Position numbers and translations under genes: made by a program. The notes under the pieces were generated by a model, which saw only the letters and a program-made list of their open reading frames with translations, had not been told where the DNA came from and did no database searches. DNA of 55,587 bases, from assembly GCA_007135605.1 (NCBI GenBank), contig SLIN01000105.1, forward strand, positions 1 through 55,587, read 5' to 3'. This document shows, one piece after another, positions 9,030 through 17,397 of this stretch; position 1 is the first letter of the stretch; each line of letters opens with the position of its first letter. This DNA comes from Spirochaetales bacterium (GTDB taxonomy: Bacteria; Spirochaetota; Spirochaetia; DSM-27196; SKKC01).

Positions 9030-9424
9030 AACCGGTAGCTCGATTCTTCTGTGAGAATTGTCACGCCGAGGTCTCAGCACGCGACAAGGTCTGCCCCTCG
9101 TGCGGTCGGTTTTTCTCTCTCGTTCGCTGCCCGCGATGCGGCCTCACCGGAGAAGCACGTCGATTTCGACATGGCTGCCCATCGTGCGGTTACACCGGGA
9201 CGGAGGCCGACTCGGACGATCCGGCATCCCCGACGGAGCTCGACGGCCTCGAGCGCCTACCGCTCGAAGAGGTTGATCCCGAGAGCGGACGCAGGCGGAC
9301 GGTCGTTACCCGCAGCGACGGAAAGCTGCAAATCGATCTGCCTCCGGGGTTCTATCTAACGGCGGGAATCATCCTTCTCGTGCTGTTGGCGCTCATTCTT
9401 TACTGGTTACTATCGGGCATTTGA
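9026..9424 (+). CDS. Double zinc-ribbon protein with C-terminal transmembrane anchor
   Basis: The track ORF 8801-9424 overlaps the previous gene in an Arg-rich frame. A GTG at 9026 overlaps the preceding stop (GTGA) and gives 132 aa. That protein has four CxxC pairs (CENC, CPSC, CPRC, CPSC) and a C-terminal TM helix (FYLTAGIILLVLLALILYWLL). Confidence 0.6.
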   Translation: MKPVARFFCENCHAEVSARDKVCPSCGRFFSLVRCPRCGLTGEARRFRHGCPSCGYTGTEADSDDPASPTELDGLERLPLEEVDPESGRRRTVVTRSDGKLQIDLPPGFYLTAGIILLVLLALILYWLLSGI

Positions 9425-9480
9425 CAGTTTCCGATGCTCTTGCGTGCGTGCCGGTAGTGTCCGGGGCCACAGACAGCGCG

Positions 9481-11094
9481 TTACCAGAGTACTCCGAATC
9501 CGCCGCCGGTCGACACACCGCTTACTCCGGAGCTTGAGAAGTGTACAGTCGACCACCCACTGACATATAACGGGGTGCGGGGGATGAGAACGTGCGTTTC
9601 CACACCCGAATCTACTGTTGCATCCGCCGGGTCGGTGATAAGCCGGGCATCTGATCGTGCGGAAATCGACGCAATGACTCGCTCATAGTCGAGGATAATC
9701 CCTGACTCCAGCTCCACGCGGAGCTGCGGGTCTGTATCCGGCTGCAGCGCGACACCGGGGGTCAACACAAAACCGAGGGGTTGCGTATCGAAACGAAGCG
9801 GCGCCTGAAAGCGAAGCACCGGTTCGCCGGGTCCGAAGGGGGTGGTCATCTCGCCGATCGGGTAATTCCCGGTCACTCGCAGTGAGGCACGGAGCGGAGA
9901 GGTGCGAGAGAGCGCGACATCGACGGCACCGGAGATCCGCAGCGGGGTTCTCTCGTTTTCTGCACCGAGAAGTGTTGACACACCACCGCTCAGCTCCACG
10001 GGACCGGTTCCGAAGCGACCGCCGAAGTGAAGAGGAACGGCTGACGGCCCGATAGCCAGTCCGCCTGCGAAGAAGCTCATCTGCACAGCTCGAGCCGGAA
10101 GTGTGACCGGCTCGGCGGCATACAGGAGTCCCGGCGAGCCGCCGAACGCCGTTCGATACGAGATGCGCGCTTCTTCGCTGACGGTCACCATGCCTCCGAC
10201 CGAATCGCGCTCTTCGCCGTCGACGCTTTCACCTTCGACCACGATCTCATATTCGCCGGGGTCGACCACACGGCCGCGGTCGTCGCGACCGTCCCAGGTC
10301 ACCCGTTGGTTCCAGGATCGGAAATCGCGAACGGTCAGTGTGCGAACGAGGGTGTCTTCGGGATCGAAGATGAACACCCGGGCGTCCCCTGGAGCCGACG
10401 CGCGAAACGAGATCGCGGTTGTGTTGTACGGCGGTGGATTACGCGGCCGGAACACCGGACGTGAAACAGAGAACCCCGAAAGCTCGAAGGGCGCTTCACG
10501 CAGCCGAATTGAGGCTTCGGTAACGCGGTTGCGAAGTACCCGAACCCGACGCCTTTCGGTGACGAATCCGAATCGGCGCGCCTCAAGGCGATATGAGCCT
10601 TCCCTCACTTCGTGGTAGCGACCGTGAAGTCGAGTGCCGTCCAGGAATACCTCGGCGTCGCGTGGTTCGCGATCGAGCACCAACAACCCGGTGACCTCCG
10701 TCAGCCTCACACTGACGGTTACCGTCTCACGCTCCCCGACCGTGACTCGAATAGAGGCGGGATAGTAACCGGAGCGCTCGACTCGAATCAGATAGATCCC
10801 CGGAGTGAGGCCGGAAATCTCCTGCGGAGCCCGGCCTATCCGGTCCCGGTTCAGATACACCTCGCTGTTGCCGGGCTCACTGAAAACCCGGAGTACACTG
10901 CCGCGTTCACGTTCACTGCGGGACACCGACCAGTCGGCAGAATCGAACATCCCTCCGTAATCAAAAATGAATCGCCCGGAGTCACCTATGACATCAATGC
11001 TCACACTGATCTCGGCGGCGACCGGGAGGACTGGAAGCAGCAGAAGGAGCATTGCAGCGGACGCACGAGGTAAGACGCGGAATGGCGTGTTCAC
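9481..11094 (-). CDS. Outer-membrane protein with two PEGA-like modules, a FlgD-Ig-like module and a C-terminal beta-barrel-like region
   Basis: The 697-aa track ORF is over-extended at its 5' end. Plausible starts are ATG 11139, GTG 11094 (VNTPFRVLPRASAAMLLLLLPVLPVAAE looks like a signal peptide) and ATG 11052. PEGA-like segments are VFSEPGNSEVYLNRDRIGRAP...YLIRVERSGY and EPRDAEVFLDGTRLHG...YRLEARRFGF. The FlgD-Ig-like segment is VTWDGRDDRGRVVDPGEYEIVVEG. The C-terminus ...GGGFGVLW is aromatic. The mature protein has no Lys. Confidence 0.75.
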   Translation of the reverse strand: MNTPFRVLPRASAAMLLLLLPVLPVAAEISVSIDVIGDSGRFIFDYGGMFDSADWSVSRSERERGSVLRVFSEPGNSEVYLNRDRIGRAPQEISGLTPGIYLIRVERSGYYPASIRVTVGERETVTVSVRLTEVTGLLVLDREPRDAEVFLDGTRLHGRYHEVREGSYRLEARRFGFVTERRRVRVLRNRVTEASIRLREAPFELSGFSVSRPVFRPRNPPPYNTTAISFRASAPGDARVFIFDPEDTLVRTLTVRDFRSWNQRVTWDGRDDRGRVVDPGEYEIVVEGESVDGEERDSVGGMVTVSEEARISYRTAFGGSPGLLYAAEPVTLPARAVQMSFFAGGLAIGPSAVPLHFGGRFGTGPVELSGGVSTLLGAENERTPLRISGAVDVALSRTSPLRASLRVTGNYPIGEMTTPFGPGEPVLRFQAPLRFDTQPLGFVLTPGVALQPDTDPQLRVELESGIILDYERVIASISARSDARLITDPADATVDSGVETHVLIPRTPLYVSGWSTVHFSSSGVSGVSTGGGFGVLW

Positions 11095-11199
11095 AATCGA
11101 CTCCGTTGCATGCAGAGTAGCATACGCAGCGCACCGCATACCACCACGATAATGTTTCGCTTGACCGGGCGTAGGGGCCCATCTACCATCGGATGTGTC

Positions 11200-12102
11200 A
11201 TGAAAACAATACGCACTATTCTGGTCATCGGCGCATTGCTGCTTGTTTCGGTAAGCGCATCGGCGTTCGATGAGATGCTCGAGGAAATCGACGATCTCCA
11301 CGCCGATGAGCGGTACGAGCTCGTATTCAGCCGGATAGATGCCGCAGAAGCCTCGGCGCGGACGAACGCACAACGGGCGCAACTGGCCTGGCGGCGTGCC
11401 CGGAGCCATCTTGCCGGCGTCGATCGAAAACTCGCCGCAGAAGAGATCGACGATTCGGAAGCTGCGGATCTCTTCGCGGAAGGAGAGGAGATGGCTCAAG
11501 TCGCCATTGACAACGATCCGAATCTCGCGGAGGGGTGGTTCTGGAAGGCTGCAAACAAGGGAAGACGAGGACAAGCTCGAGGTGTTCTCAACAGCCTCTT
11601 CATGGCGAGCGATGTGCGCGACCTCGCCTTTGAAGCGATCGCACTCGACGAGGATTTGACCGAGCCGTATTTCCTGCTCGGCGTCATGTACCGGGAGTTA
11701 CCTGGCGGAATTATCTCCTTCGGTGACGATCAGAAGGCGGTAAGTCTCGCCCGACTCGCCGTCGACCGGCACGAAGAGGATCGTTCACGCGAAGACGTCG
11801 ATCGGGTGTATTACAACTACTACATCGAGCTCGCTCACAATCTGTGGGAGAGGAACTGGAGCGAGCGACGACGCGGTAACCGCCACTCGAATATCCGCTC
11901 GGACTATCGGTCGGCCGACTCGAACCTCGACCGTGCTTTCAACTACGAGGGAAGCGTGCGAATACCGAATCAGAGCGACCGCGAGGAGGCAATGGAGCTG
12001 CTTGAATGGGTCATTGACGAGATTGAGTCGTTGCCCCGGCCGACGCAGGGAGAACTCGACGATCTCGCGGACGGTCGCGAGCTGTGGGACGACTGGAACT
12101 GA
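11200..12102 (+). CDS. Secreted TPR-like helical protein (function unknown)
   Basis: I moved the start to ATG 11200, which gives the signal peptide MKTIRTILVIGALLLVSVSASA. Helical repeats include AEGWFWKAANKGRRGQ and EPYFLLGVMYRELPGG. Confidence 0.75.
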   Translation: MKTIRTILVIGALLLVSVSASAFDEMLEEIDDLHADERYELVFSRIDAAEASARTNAQRAQLAWRRARSHLAGVDRKLAAEEIDDSEAADLFAEGEEMAQVAIDNDPNLAEGWFWKAANKGRRGQARGVLNSLFMASDVRDLAFEAIALDEDLTEPYFLLGVMYRELPGGIISFGDDQKAVSLARLAVDRHEEDRSREDVDRVYYNYYIELAHNLWERNWSERRRGNRHSNIRSDYRSADSNLDRAFNYEGSVRIPNQSDREEAMELLEWVIDEIESLPRPTQGELDDLADGRELWDDWN

Positions 12103-12233
12103 ACGCTGTTCGCCTGGAAGGGAGTGGTGCCGGCACCGGAGCCGAGAGCACCGGCGCCAAGTGCTCTTCGCGCGTGTCGTACATGTCGGCTCGGCTCATT
12201 TCCAGTGGTGTTTTCGCCGATACGTTTAGTGGA

Positions 12234-12872
12234 ATGAACTGCCGTTGGCTCATGCGTACCGGCTTAGCAATCTGTCTCTTGTGCATTGGGGTCGCAAGCA
12301 CCGTGTATTCGCAGGACGGCGAGACGGTACTCGAGCCGCCGCTGCCGACCGTCCCGACCGATCGTCCCGAGGCGGGGAGCGTGAGCGGGATCGTGCCTCC
12401 CGATGCTCGTACCCTCCCGCGCGGCTTTGGTACCATAATGTTCGGATTGAGTCGCGACGAAGTCGGCGAACGACTATTCGACGACCCGAACTTCGACTAT
12501 CGCGGCGAACCGGACGTGCAGTTTCTGCCGCGACGAGAGCAGGTGGTAATCGATACGGCCGGATTCGATTTTGTCGATCGCGGCTATTTCCAGTTTGTCG
12601 ACGGCGACTTGTATTCGATTATCATCAAGTTGAACACCAGGATGATGGATTACTTCACGATGTATACGCAGCTTTCGAACACATACGGTCACCCCGATGC
12701 GATAAGTCCTCAGAACGCCGTCTGGGAGCGAGGCGGTGTTCGCCTGGCACTCGAAAGGCCGCTGTCGGTGAAGTATCTCGATCTCGCCGTTTTCGACGAG
12801 ATCCGTGACGAGGGGCGAATGCGGGAATCCGATCGAGCCGCCGCACGGCGAGAATTTCTCGACCAGTTCTGA
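12234..12872 (+). CDS. Secreted hypothetical protein
   Basis: I moved the start to ATG 12234, which gives the signal peptide MNCRWLMRTGLAICLLCIGVASTVYSQ. The stop overlaps the next start (TGATG, 12870-12874). I found no known motif. Confidence 0.7.
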   Translation: MNCRWLMRTGLAICLLCIGVASTVYSQDGETVLEPPLPTVPTDRPEAGSVSGIVPPDARTLPRGFGTIMFGLSRDEVGERLFDDPNFDYRGEPDVQFLPRREQVVIDTAGFDFVDRGYFQFVDGDLYSIIIKLNTRMMDYFTMYTQLSNTYGHPDAISPQNAVWERGGVRLALERPLSVKYLDLAVFDEIRDEGRMRESDRAAARREFLDQF

Positions 12873-13315
12873 TGCGTATGCCGTATCGATCCGCCGTTGT
12901 CGTAGCGTCCCTTGCTTTGCTCGTTGTCTCCGCGTGCGGGGGAGCGAACGATGAATCCGATCTCTACCCGCTCTCCGTCGGCGAGCACACATTCTACGTC
13001 GAAATAGCCGAAACGCCCGACGAACGGGCGCGCGGACTCATGCATCGTGACTCACTCCCGGACGATCACGGCATGCTTTTCGTTTTTGACAGGGATCAGC
13101 AGCTCTCGTTCTGGATGAAGGACACCTCGATTCCGCTTTCGATCGCGTACATCGCGCGCGACGGGACGATCCGGGAGATATACGACATGGAGCCGTTCAG
13201 TCTCGAACCGGTGCGATCGACCCGGTCGGTTCGGTACGCTCTCGAGGTCAACCACGGAGCGTTCGAACAGGCTGGTATCGACATCGGCGACCGCGTGGAT
13301 ATCTCCGAGTTCTGA
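12872..13315 (+). CDS. DUF192-family lipoprotein
   Basis: This is a 147-aa ORF with a lipobox-like signal (LALLVVSAC). It carries the DUF192 signature ARGLMHR...GMLFVF...FWMKDTSIPLSIAYI..DG. Confidence 0.85.
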   Translation: MRMPYRSAVVVASLALLVVSACGGANDESDLYPLSVGEHTFYVEIAETPDERARGLMHRDSLPDDHGMLFVFDRDQQLSFWMKDTSIPLSIAYIARDGTIREIYDMEPFSLEPVRSTRSVRYALEVNHGAFEQAGIDIGDRVDISEF

Positions 13316-13353
13316 GCATCGTTCAACTGCGAAGGCAACTCAGCCGCGCACAG

Positions 13354-13626
13354 CTACTCCTGCGGAGGCGCTGATTCGTCACTGCCGCCTGCCGCATTAC
13401 CGAGCTCCGGAAAGAGTTCCAGGACCGGCTTCTCGTCAGGTTCGTCGGGTGTGTTCACGAGTATCTCAATGCGACGCTCAATGTTCGAGAGATCTTTGTC
13501 GAGACCCTTCGCCAGCTTCACACCCTCCTCGAAATATCGCGCTGCGTCCTCGAGTCCGACCTCCGGATCACGAACCTTCTCAACAAGCTCTTCCAGACGC
13601 GATAGTCTCTTCTCGAATGGTTCCAA
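13354..13626 (-). CDS. xseB: Exodeoxyribonuclease VII small subunit
   Basis: This is a 90-aa ORF. FEKRLSRLEELVEKV...LEDAARYFEEGVKLAKGL...IEIL is typical of XseB. It starts 2 nt after the xseA stop. Confidence 0.9.
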   Translation of the reverse strand: MEPFEKRLSRLEELVEKVRDPEVGLEDAARYFEEGVKLAKGLDKDLSNIERRIEILVNTPDEPDEKPVLELFPELGNAAGGSDESAPPQE

Positions 13627-13628
13627 CG

Positions 13629-14858
13629 CTATTCCTCCTCAACCAAGCCTGTGCTCTCGGCGGATACGAGCCCGTCCCGGAATCGGAGACGAATCTCCCG
13701 TTCGTCCACGGCGCGCGCGGCTCTCGTGATCACCTGCTCCCCCCGGCCGTCGAGCACCATCACGTATCCACGCTCGAGCGCGTCGTACGGACTTGCCGCC
13801 TCGACCGCGCCGCGGGCCATTTCCAAGCGATGGCGTGAGCGCAACAATTTCTCCTGCATCGACCTCTGGAGCTGACTCTGTAGTTCGTCGAGCTCCTGGT
13901 ACCGGGGCTGGAGAACGTAGCGAATAGTGCGCTCAAGATCGTCGGGAGAGAATCGGGTGATGGCCAAGCGCGCCCGATCGAGTCTATCGAGGAACGACCG
14001 GACAAGTGTCCGCCCGGTGTTCACCGTGCGAGCGAGTAGGTCCTCGCGACTCGCGCTGACCACCTCCGCAGCAGCAGAGGGCGTCGGAGCCCTGTAATCC
14101 GCGGCGAGATCGGAGAGGGTAGTATCGGTTTCATGACCCACCGCCGAAATCACCGGAGTGTTCGCCTCGGCGATCGCACGAACGACCGACTCCTCTGAGA
14201 AGGCGAGGAGATCCTCGATCGAACCTCCTCCGCGCGTGACGACGATTACGTCGCCGAGCTGAAGCCTATCGGCGCGCCGGAGTTGAGCGGCGATCTGCTC
14301 GGCGGCTTCATTACCCTGAACGGTGCACGGAACGACTACAACATGCACGCCGGCGTTTCTCCTGCCGAGAACGTTCAATATATCACGTATCGCGGCCCCG
14401 GATGGGCTGGTTACGATAGCCACGCGCCGAGGAAGTACAGGCAGTGACTTCTTGCGTTCGGAGTCGAAGAGCCCTTCGGCCGATAGTCGACGTTTGCGTT
14501 CCTCGAGCATCTGAAGAATCCGCCCGATACCTGTCCTCGAGGCACGATCGACGATAATCTGGTAGTTCCCGCGCCGCGCGTATACACCGATAGATCCGTC
14601 GACGGTGATTTGTTCGCCGTCGGAGGGGCGAACCGATGAGCGCTCGAGTTTGTTCCGAAACATCACGCACGATATCGATGACTGATCGTCTTTCAGCGTG
14701 AAATAGAGGTGCCCGCTCGAAGCATAGCGGGCGTTGGATACTTCACCTTCGACCGAGATCGATGGAAAACCGCGTTCAAGCAGTACCTTTATGGCGGAGG
14801 TGATCTCGCTTACACTATACGGTCGTTCGGAGTCGATTCGTTCTTCGGAACGTGTCAT
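13629..14858 (-). CDS. xseA: Exodeoxyribonuclease VII large subunit
   Basis: This is a 409-aa ORF with an N-terminal OB-fold (YSVSEITSAIKVLLERGFPSISVEGEVSNARYASSGHLYFTLKD). It also has the motifs VAIVTSPSGAAIRDIL and ISAVGHETDTTLSDLAAD. Confidence 0.95.
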   Translation of the reverse strand: MTRSEERIDSERPYSVSEITSAIKVLLERGFPSISVEGEVSNARYASSGHLYFTLKDDQSSISCVMFRNKLERSSVRPSDGEQITVDGSIGVYARRGNYQIIVDRASRTGIGRILQMLEERKRRLSAEGLFDSERKKSLPVLPRRVAIVTSPSGAAIRDILNVLGRRNAGVHVVVVPCTVQGNEAAEQIAAQLRRADRLQLGDVIVVTRGGGSIEDLLAFSEESVVRAIAEANTPVISAVGHETDTTLSDLAADYRAPTPSAAAEVVSASREDLLARTVNTGRTLVRSFLDRLDRARLAITRFSPDDLERTIRYVLQPRYQELDELQSQLQRSMQEKLLRSRHRLEMARGAVEAASPYDALERGYVMVLDGRGEQVITRAARAVDEREIRLRFRDGLVSAESTGLVEEE

Positions 14859-14942
14859 TTCGCTAGCAGGAGGCTACCGCATTCATGCGGTTGGTGGAAA
14901 GCAGGTGGAAGAGCTTTCGGGAATGGTCGATAATCACGTAGA

Positions 14943-16460
14943 GTGGATATCGGGATGATTGTAGCACTTGTCGACCGACGGGATCTTTCCGTGTACAGCG
15001 ATCTGGAACTGCCGGGAGGCGGCAGCGCGCGTGAGCGCGTTCTGGCTTTTGTGGGTGGAATTGCCGACCGAGTTGTCTATCTCGGACGTTCCGAGGAAAG
15101 GAATAGCGCGGACGTCGAAGACGAGGTTCGTGACGTAGATCGGGTTGTATATGCTGAAGACGATTCGGCAACGGCTGCACTCAACGCTATCGAATCCGCT
15201 TGCGAGGGAGCCGATGCTCTCATCTACATTCGCGCCGACGAGCCGTTCTACCAGCCCGATCTGACCCGCACGCTTCTGGACGATCATCTGCGATACGGAG
15301 CCCATTACACGTTCAGCGACGGTTATCCGGCCGGAGTAAGCCCGGAGATCGTCGCTCCCGGACTTCCCGCGCTCCTGCGCAACATCGCCCGCGAAGACGA
15401 TCGCGGTACCGGCCCGGGATGGCTATTCTCGGTTCTCGAGCACGACATAAACGCGTTCGATGTGGAAACCCGCCTCGCCCCGCGCGACATGCGCATGCTT
15501 CGGGTCGAGTTGCGGTGTGATACGCGTCTGAATTACACCGTCTGTCGGCGATTTGCCGAGGCAGAGATTGCAGGTCACCGCGAGCTCGTCGACTTCGTCG
15601 ACGAACACAGGGAGATTCTACGGACAGTGCCCGCCTTCGTCGGCGTGCAGATTATCGACGGGTGTCCTCAGGCGTGCTCGTATTGTCCGTTTCCACGCTT
15701 CGGCGGCGATATTCTCACCCAGCGCAACGCGATGCCGGTCGAGCAATTTCGATCGATCATCCGAAAGATCGCCGATTTCAGTCCCGAAGCGGTGGTCGGC
15801 GTCAGCACATGGGGAGAGCCCCTTCTACATCCCGATCTCGCCGGTATCCTCGACGCTATAAGCGCAACCGATTCGCTCAACGGACTTGTCGAAACTTCGG
15901 GAATCGGGATGCCCGCCGAGCATGTCCTCGAGCTGGTCGAACGTAGTAGCGAGCGAATGAAGTGGATCGTCAGTCTGGACTCCAACGACGAAAACGGGTA
16001 CCGCGCATTGCGCGGTGACGGATTCGCCGCCGCCCACGAGGTCGCACACCTTCTCGTGGAACGTATTCCCGAAAGGGTATGGATTCAGGCGGTTCGCATG
16101 CAGAAAAACGAGGAGGCGCTGGAAGGCTTCTATCGATATTGGAAGGCACGCACCGACCACGTCATTATCCAGAAGTATGACCACTTCTCGGGCGAGCTTC
16201 CACAGCGGAAAGTCACCGATCTCTCGCCGTTGACCCGCTTTCCGTGTTGGCAGAACAAACGCGAGCTCTACGTACGTCTCGACGGTACCGTGCCACGCTG
16301 CCGCGAGGATATACGTTCGGAATTCACCCTCGGCAATCTGTTCAGCGATCCGATCGAAACGATCTGGGAGAACGGCGAGCAACTGCACCGGGAACACATC
16401 GCCGGTTCCTATCCGGATATCTGTGGAGAGTGTGATGAGTACTACTCCTTCAACTTCTGA
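14943..16460 (+). CDS. Radical SAM protein with C-terminal SPASM/twitch-like Cys cluster and ~235-aa N-terminal extra domain ('spiro-SPASM'-type)
   Basis: This is a 505-aa ORF starting at GTG 14943 (alternative ATG 14955). The CX3CX2C motif CPQACSYC lies at 15663-15686. A C-terminal Cys cluster reads CWQNK...PRC...ICGEC. I recall a spirochaete-restricted TIGRFAMs family called spiro-SPASM with this layout, but I cannot verify that here. Confidence 0.85.
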   Translation: MDIGMIVALVDRRDLSVYSDLELPGGGSARERVLAFVGGIADRVVYLGRSEERNSADVEDEVRDVDRVVYAEDDSATAALNAIESACEGADALIYIRADEPFYQPDLTRTLLDDHLRYGAHYTFSDGYPAGVSPEIVAPGLPALLRNIAREDDRGTGPGWLFSVLEHDINAFDVETRLAPRDMRMLRVELRCDTRLNYTVCRRFAEAEIAGHRELVDFVDEHREILRTVPAFVGVQIIDGCPQACSYCPFPRFGGDILTQRNAMPVEQFRSIIRKIADFSPEAVVGVSTWGEPLLHPDLAGILDAISATDSLNGLVETSGIGMPAEHVLELVERSSERMKWIVSLDSNDENGYRALRGDGFAAAHEVAHLLVERIPERVWIQAVRMQKNEEALEGFYRYWKARTDHVIIQKYDHFSGELPQRKVTDLSPLTRFPCWQNKRELYVRLDGTVPRCREDIRSEFTLGNLFSDPIETIWENGEQLHREHIAGSYPDICGECDEYYSFNF

Positions 16461-17397
16461 ACGCAGCCGGATACCGTACACCGTTGTCGGAGGAAAAGGC
16501 GGTGACCGGAATCTCAGAGCGCAACGCCCGATAGGCTGCCTCGTACTACATCGCGGCGGTAGCTACCAGCGCTCCTCGCTCTTCACTCACCTCAACGAAT
16601 GCGGAATTGAAGAGATCGTCTCCGTTGAAAACAGTCGCCCTCGCTACGACGTGGAGGAGCTGAGCGACCGTTTCCCGGCGACTCGATTTCTGCTGCTGCA
16701 CAGCGAAATGACGCCCGGCGAACAGATAAACATCGGAATGAACGAGTGTTTCGCCCGGTACGTGTACGTAATCTGGAACGACGTGCAGATTATGCCGATT
16801 CCGGAGCGCATTCGGGCTCGGCTCGAACGGGAACGGGAGCTCTGTTTCGCCCCCGCTATTCGCAACGAAAGAGGCGAAGCCGTTCCGAACATAGTCGCTC
16901 CTGCGTTTTATCGCGGGTTGCTGCGTATCGTGCCGCAGTTACCCGGTCCGGAGCAGACCCGCACGCTCTTTCCATTCGATTACATCGGGCTTTACAACCG
17001 GGATATCTTTCTTCAGCTGCAGGGCTTCGACCGAACGCTGTCGAATCCATACTGGCAGAAGCTCGATTTCGGGTTCAGGGCCTTCATGTGGGGCGAGTCG
17101 ATCTACTGCCTGCCATCGCTGCGGGCTCAGCACCTTTCGCAACTGGCGCCGGATGACACCACTCCCGACGAGAGCTACCGCCGCTTCTATCTGAAGAATC
17201 TTGCCGTTCTCTACCACGGTGACCACGCCCGACTACCGGGGCGTCGGTTTTTCAGCTTTCTGGTGCGTACGAAGGGTGGTTTGCTCTCCTCCTATAAACT
17301 ATTCCACGAAATCAGACGATGGATAAGGAAGAACCGGTATCGCTTTCGGCAGAATGCCCGCAGCGTAACCGACCTATGGGAGTTCGAACGACCATGA
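16423..17397 (+). CDS. GT-A (family 2-like) glycosyltransferase-like protein
   Basis: This is a 324-aa ORF. The only in-frame starts (ATG 16423, ATG 16435) overlap the upstream stop at 16460 by 26-38 nt. YVYVIWNDVQIMP and LQGFDRTL...DFGFRAFMWG resemble GT-A enzymes, so the functional call is weak. Confidence 0.6.
   Translation: MESVMSTTPSTSERSRIPYTVVGGKGGDRNLRAQRPIGCLVLHRGGSYQRSSLFTHLNECGIEEIVSVENSRPRYDVEELSDRFPATRFLLLHSEMTPGEQINIGMNECFARYVYVIWNDVQIMPIPERIRARLERERELCFAPAIRNERGEAVPNIVAPAFYRGLLRIVPQLPGPEQTRTLFPFDYIGLYNRDIFLQLQGFDRTLSNPYWQKLDFGFRAFMWGESIYCLPSLRAQHLSQLAPDDTTPDESYRRFYLKNLAVLYHGDHARLPGRRFFSFLVRTKGGLLSSYKLFHEIRRWIRKNRYRFRQNARSVTDLWEFERP

Noticed and set aside
11140-11574. 5' extension of the PEGA OMP ORF (697-aa version).
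   Set aside because: It runs through the divergent promoter region and into the opposite-strand gene at 11200-12102. The signal peptide only appears after residue ~160.
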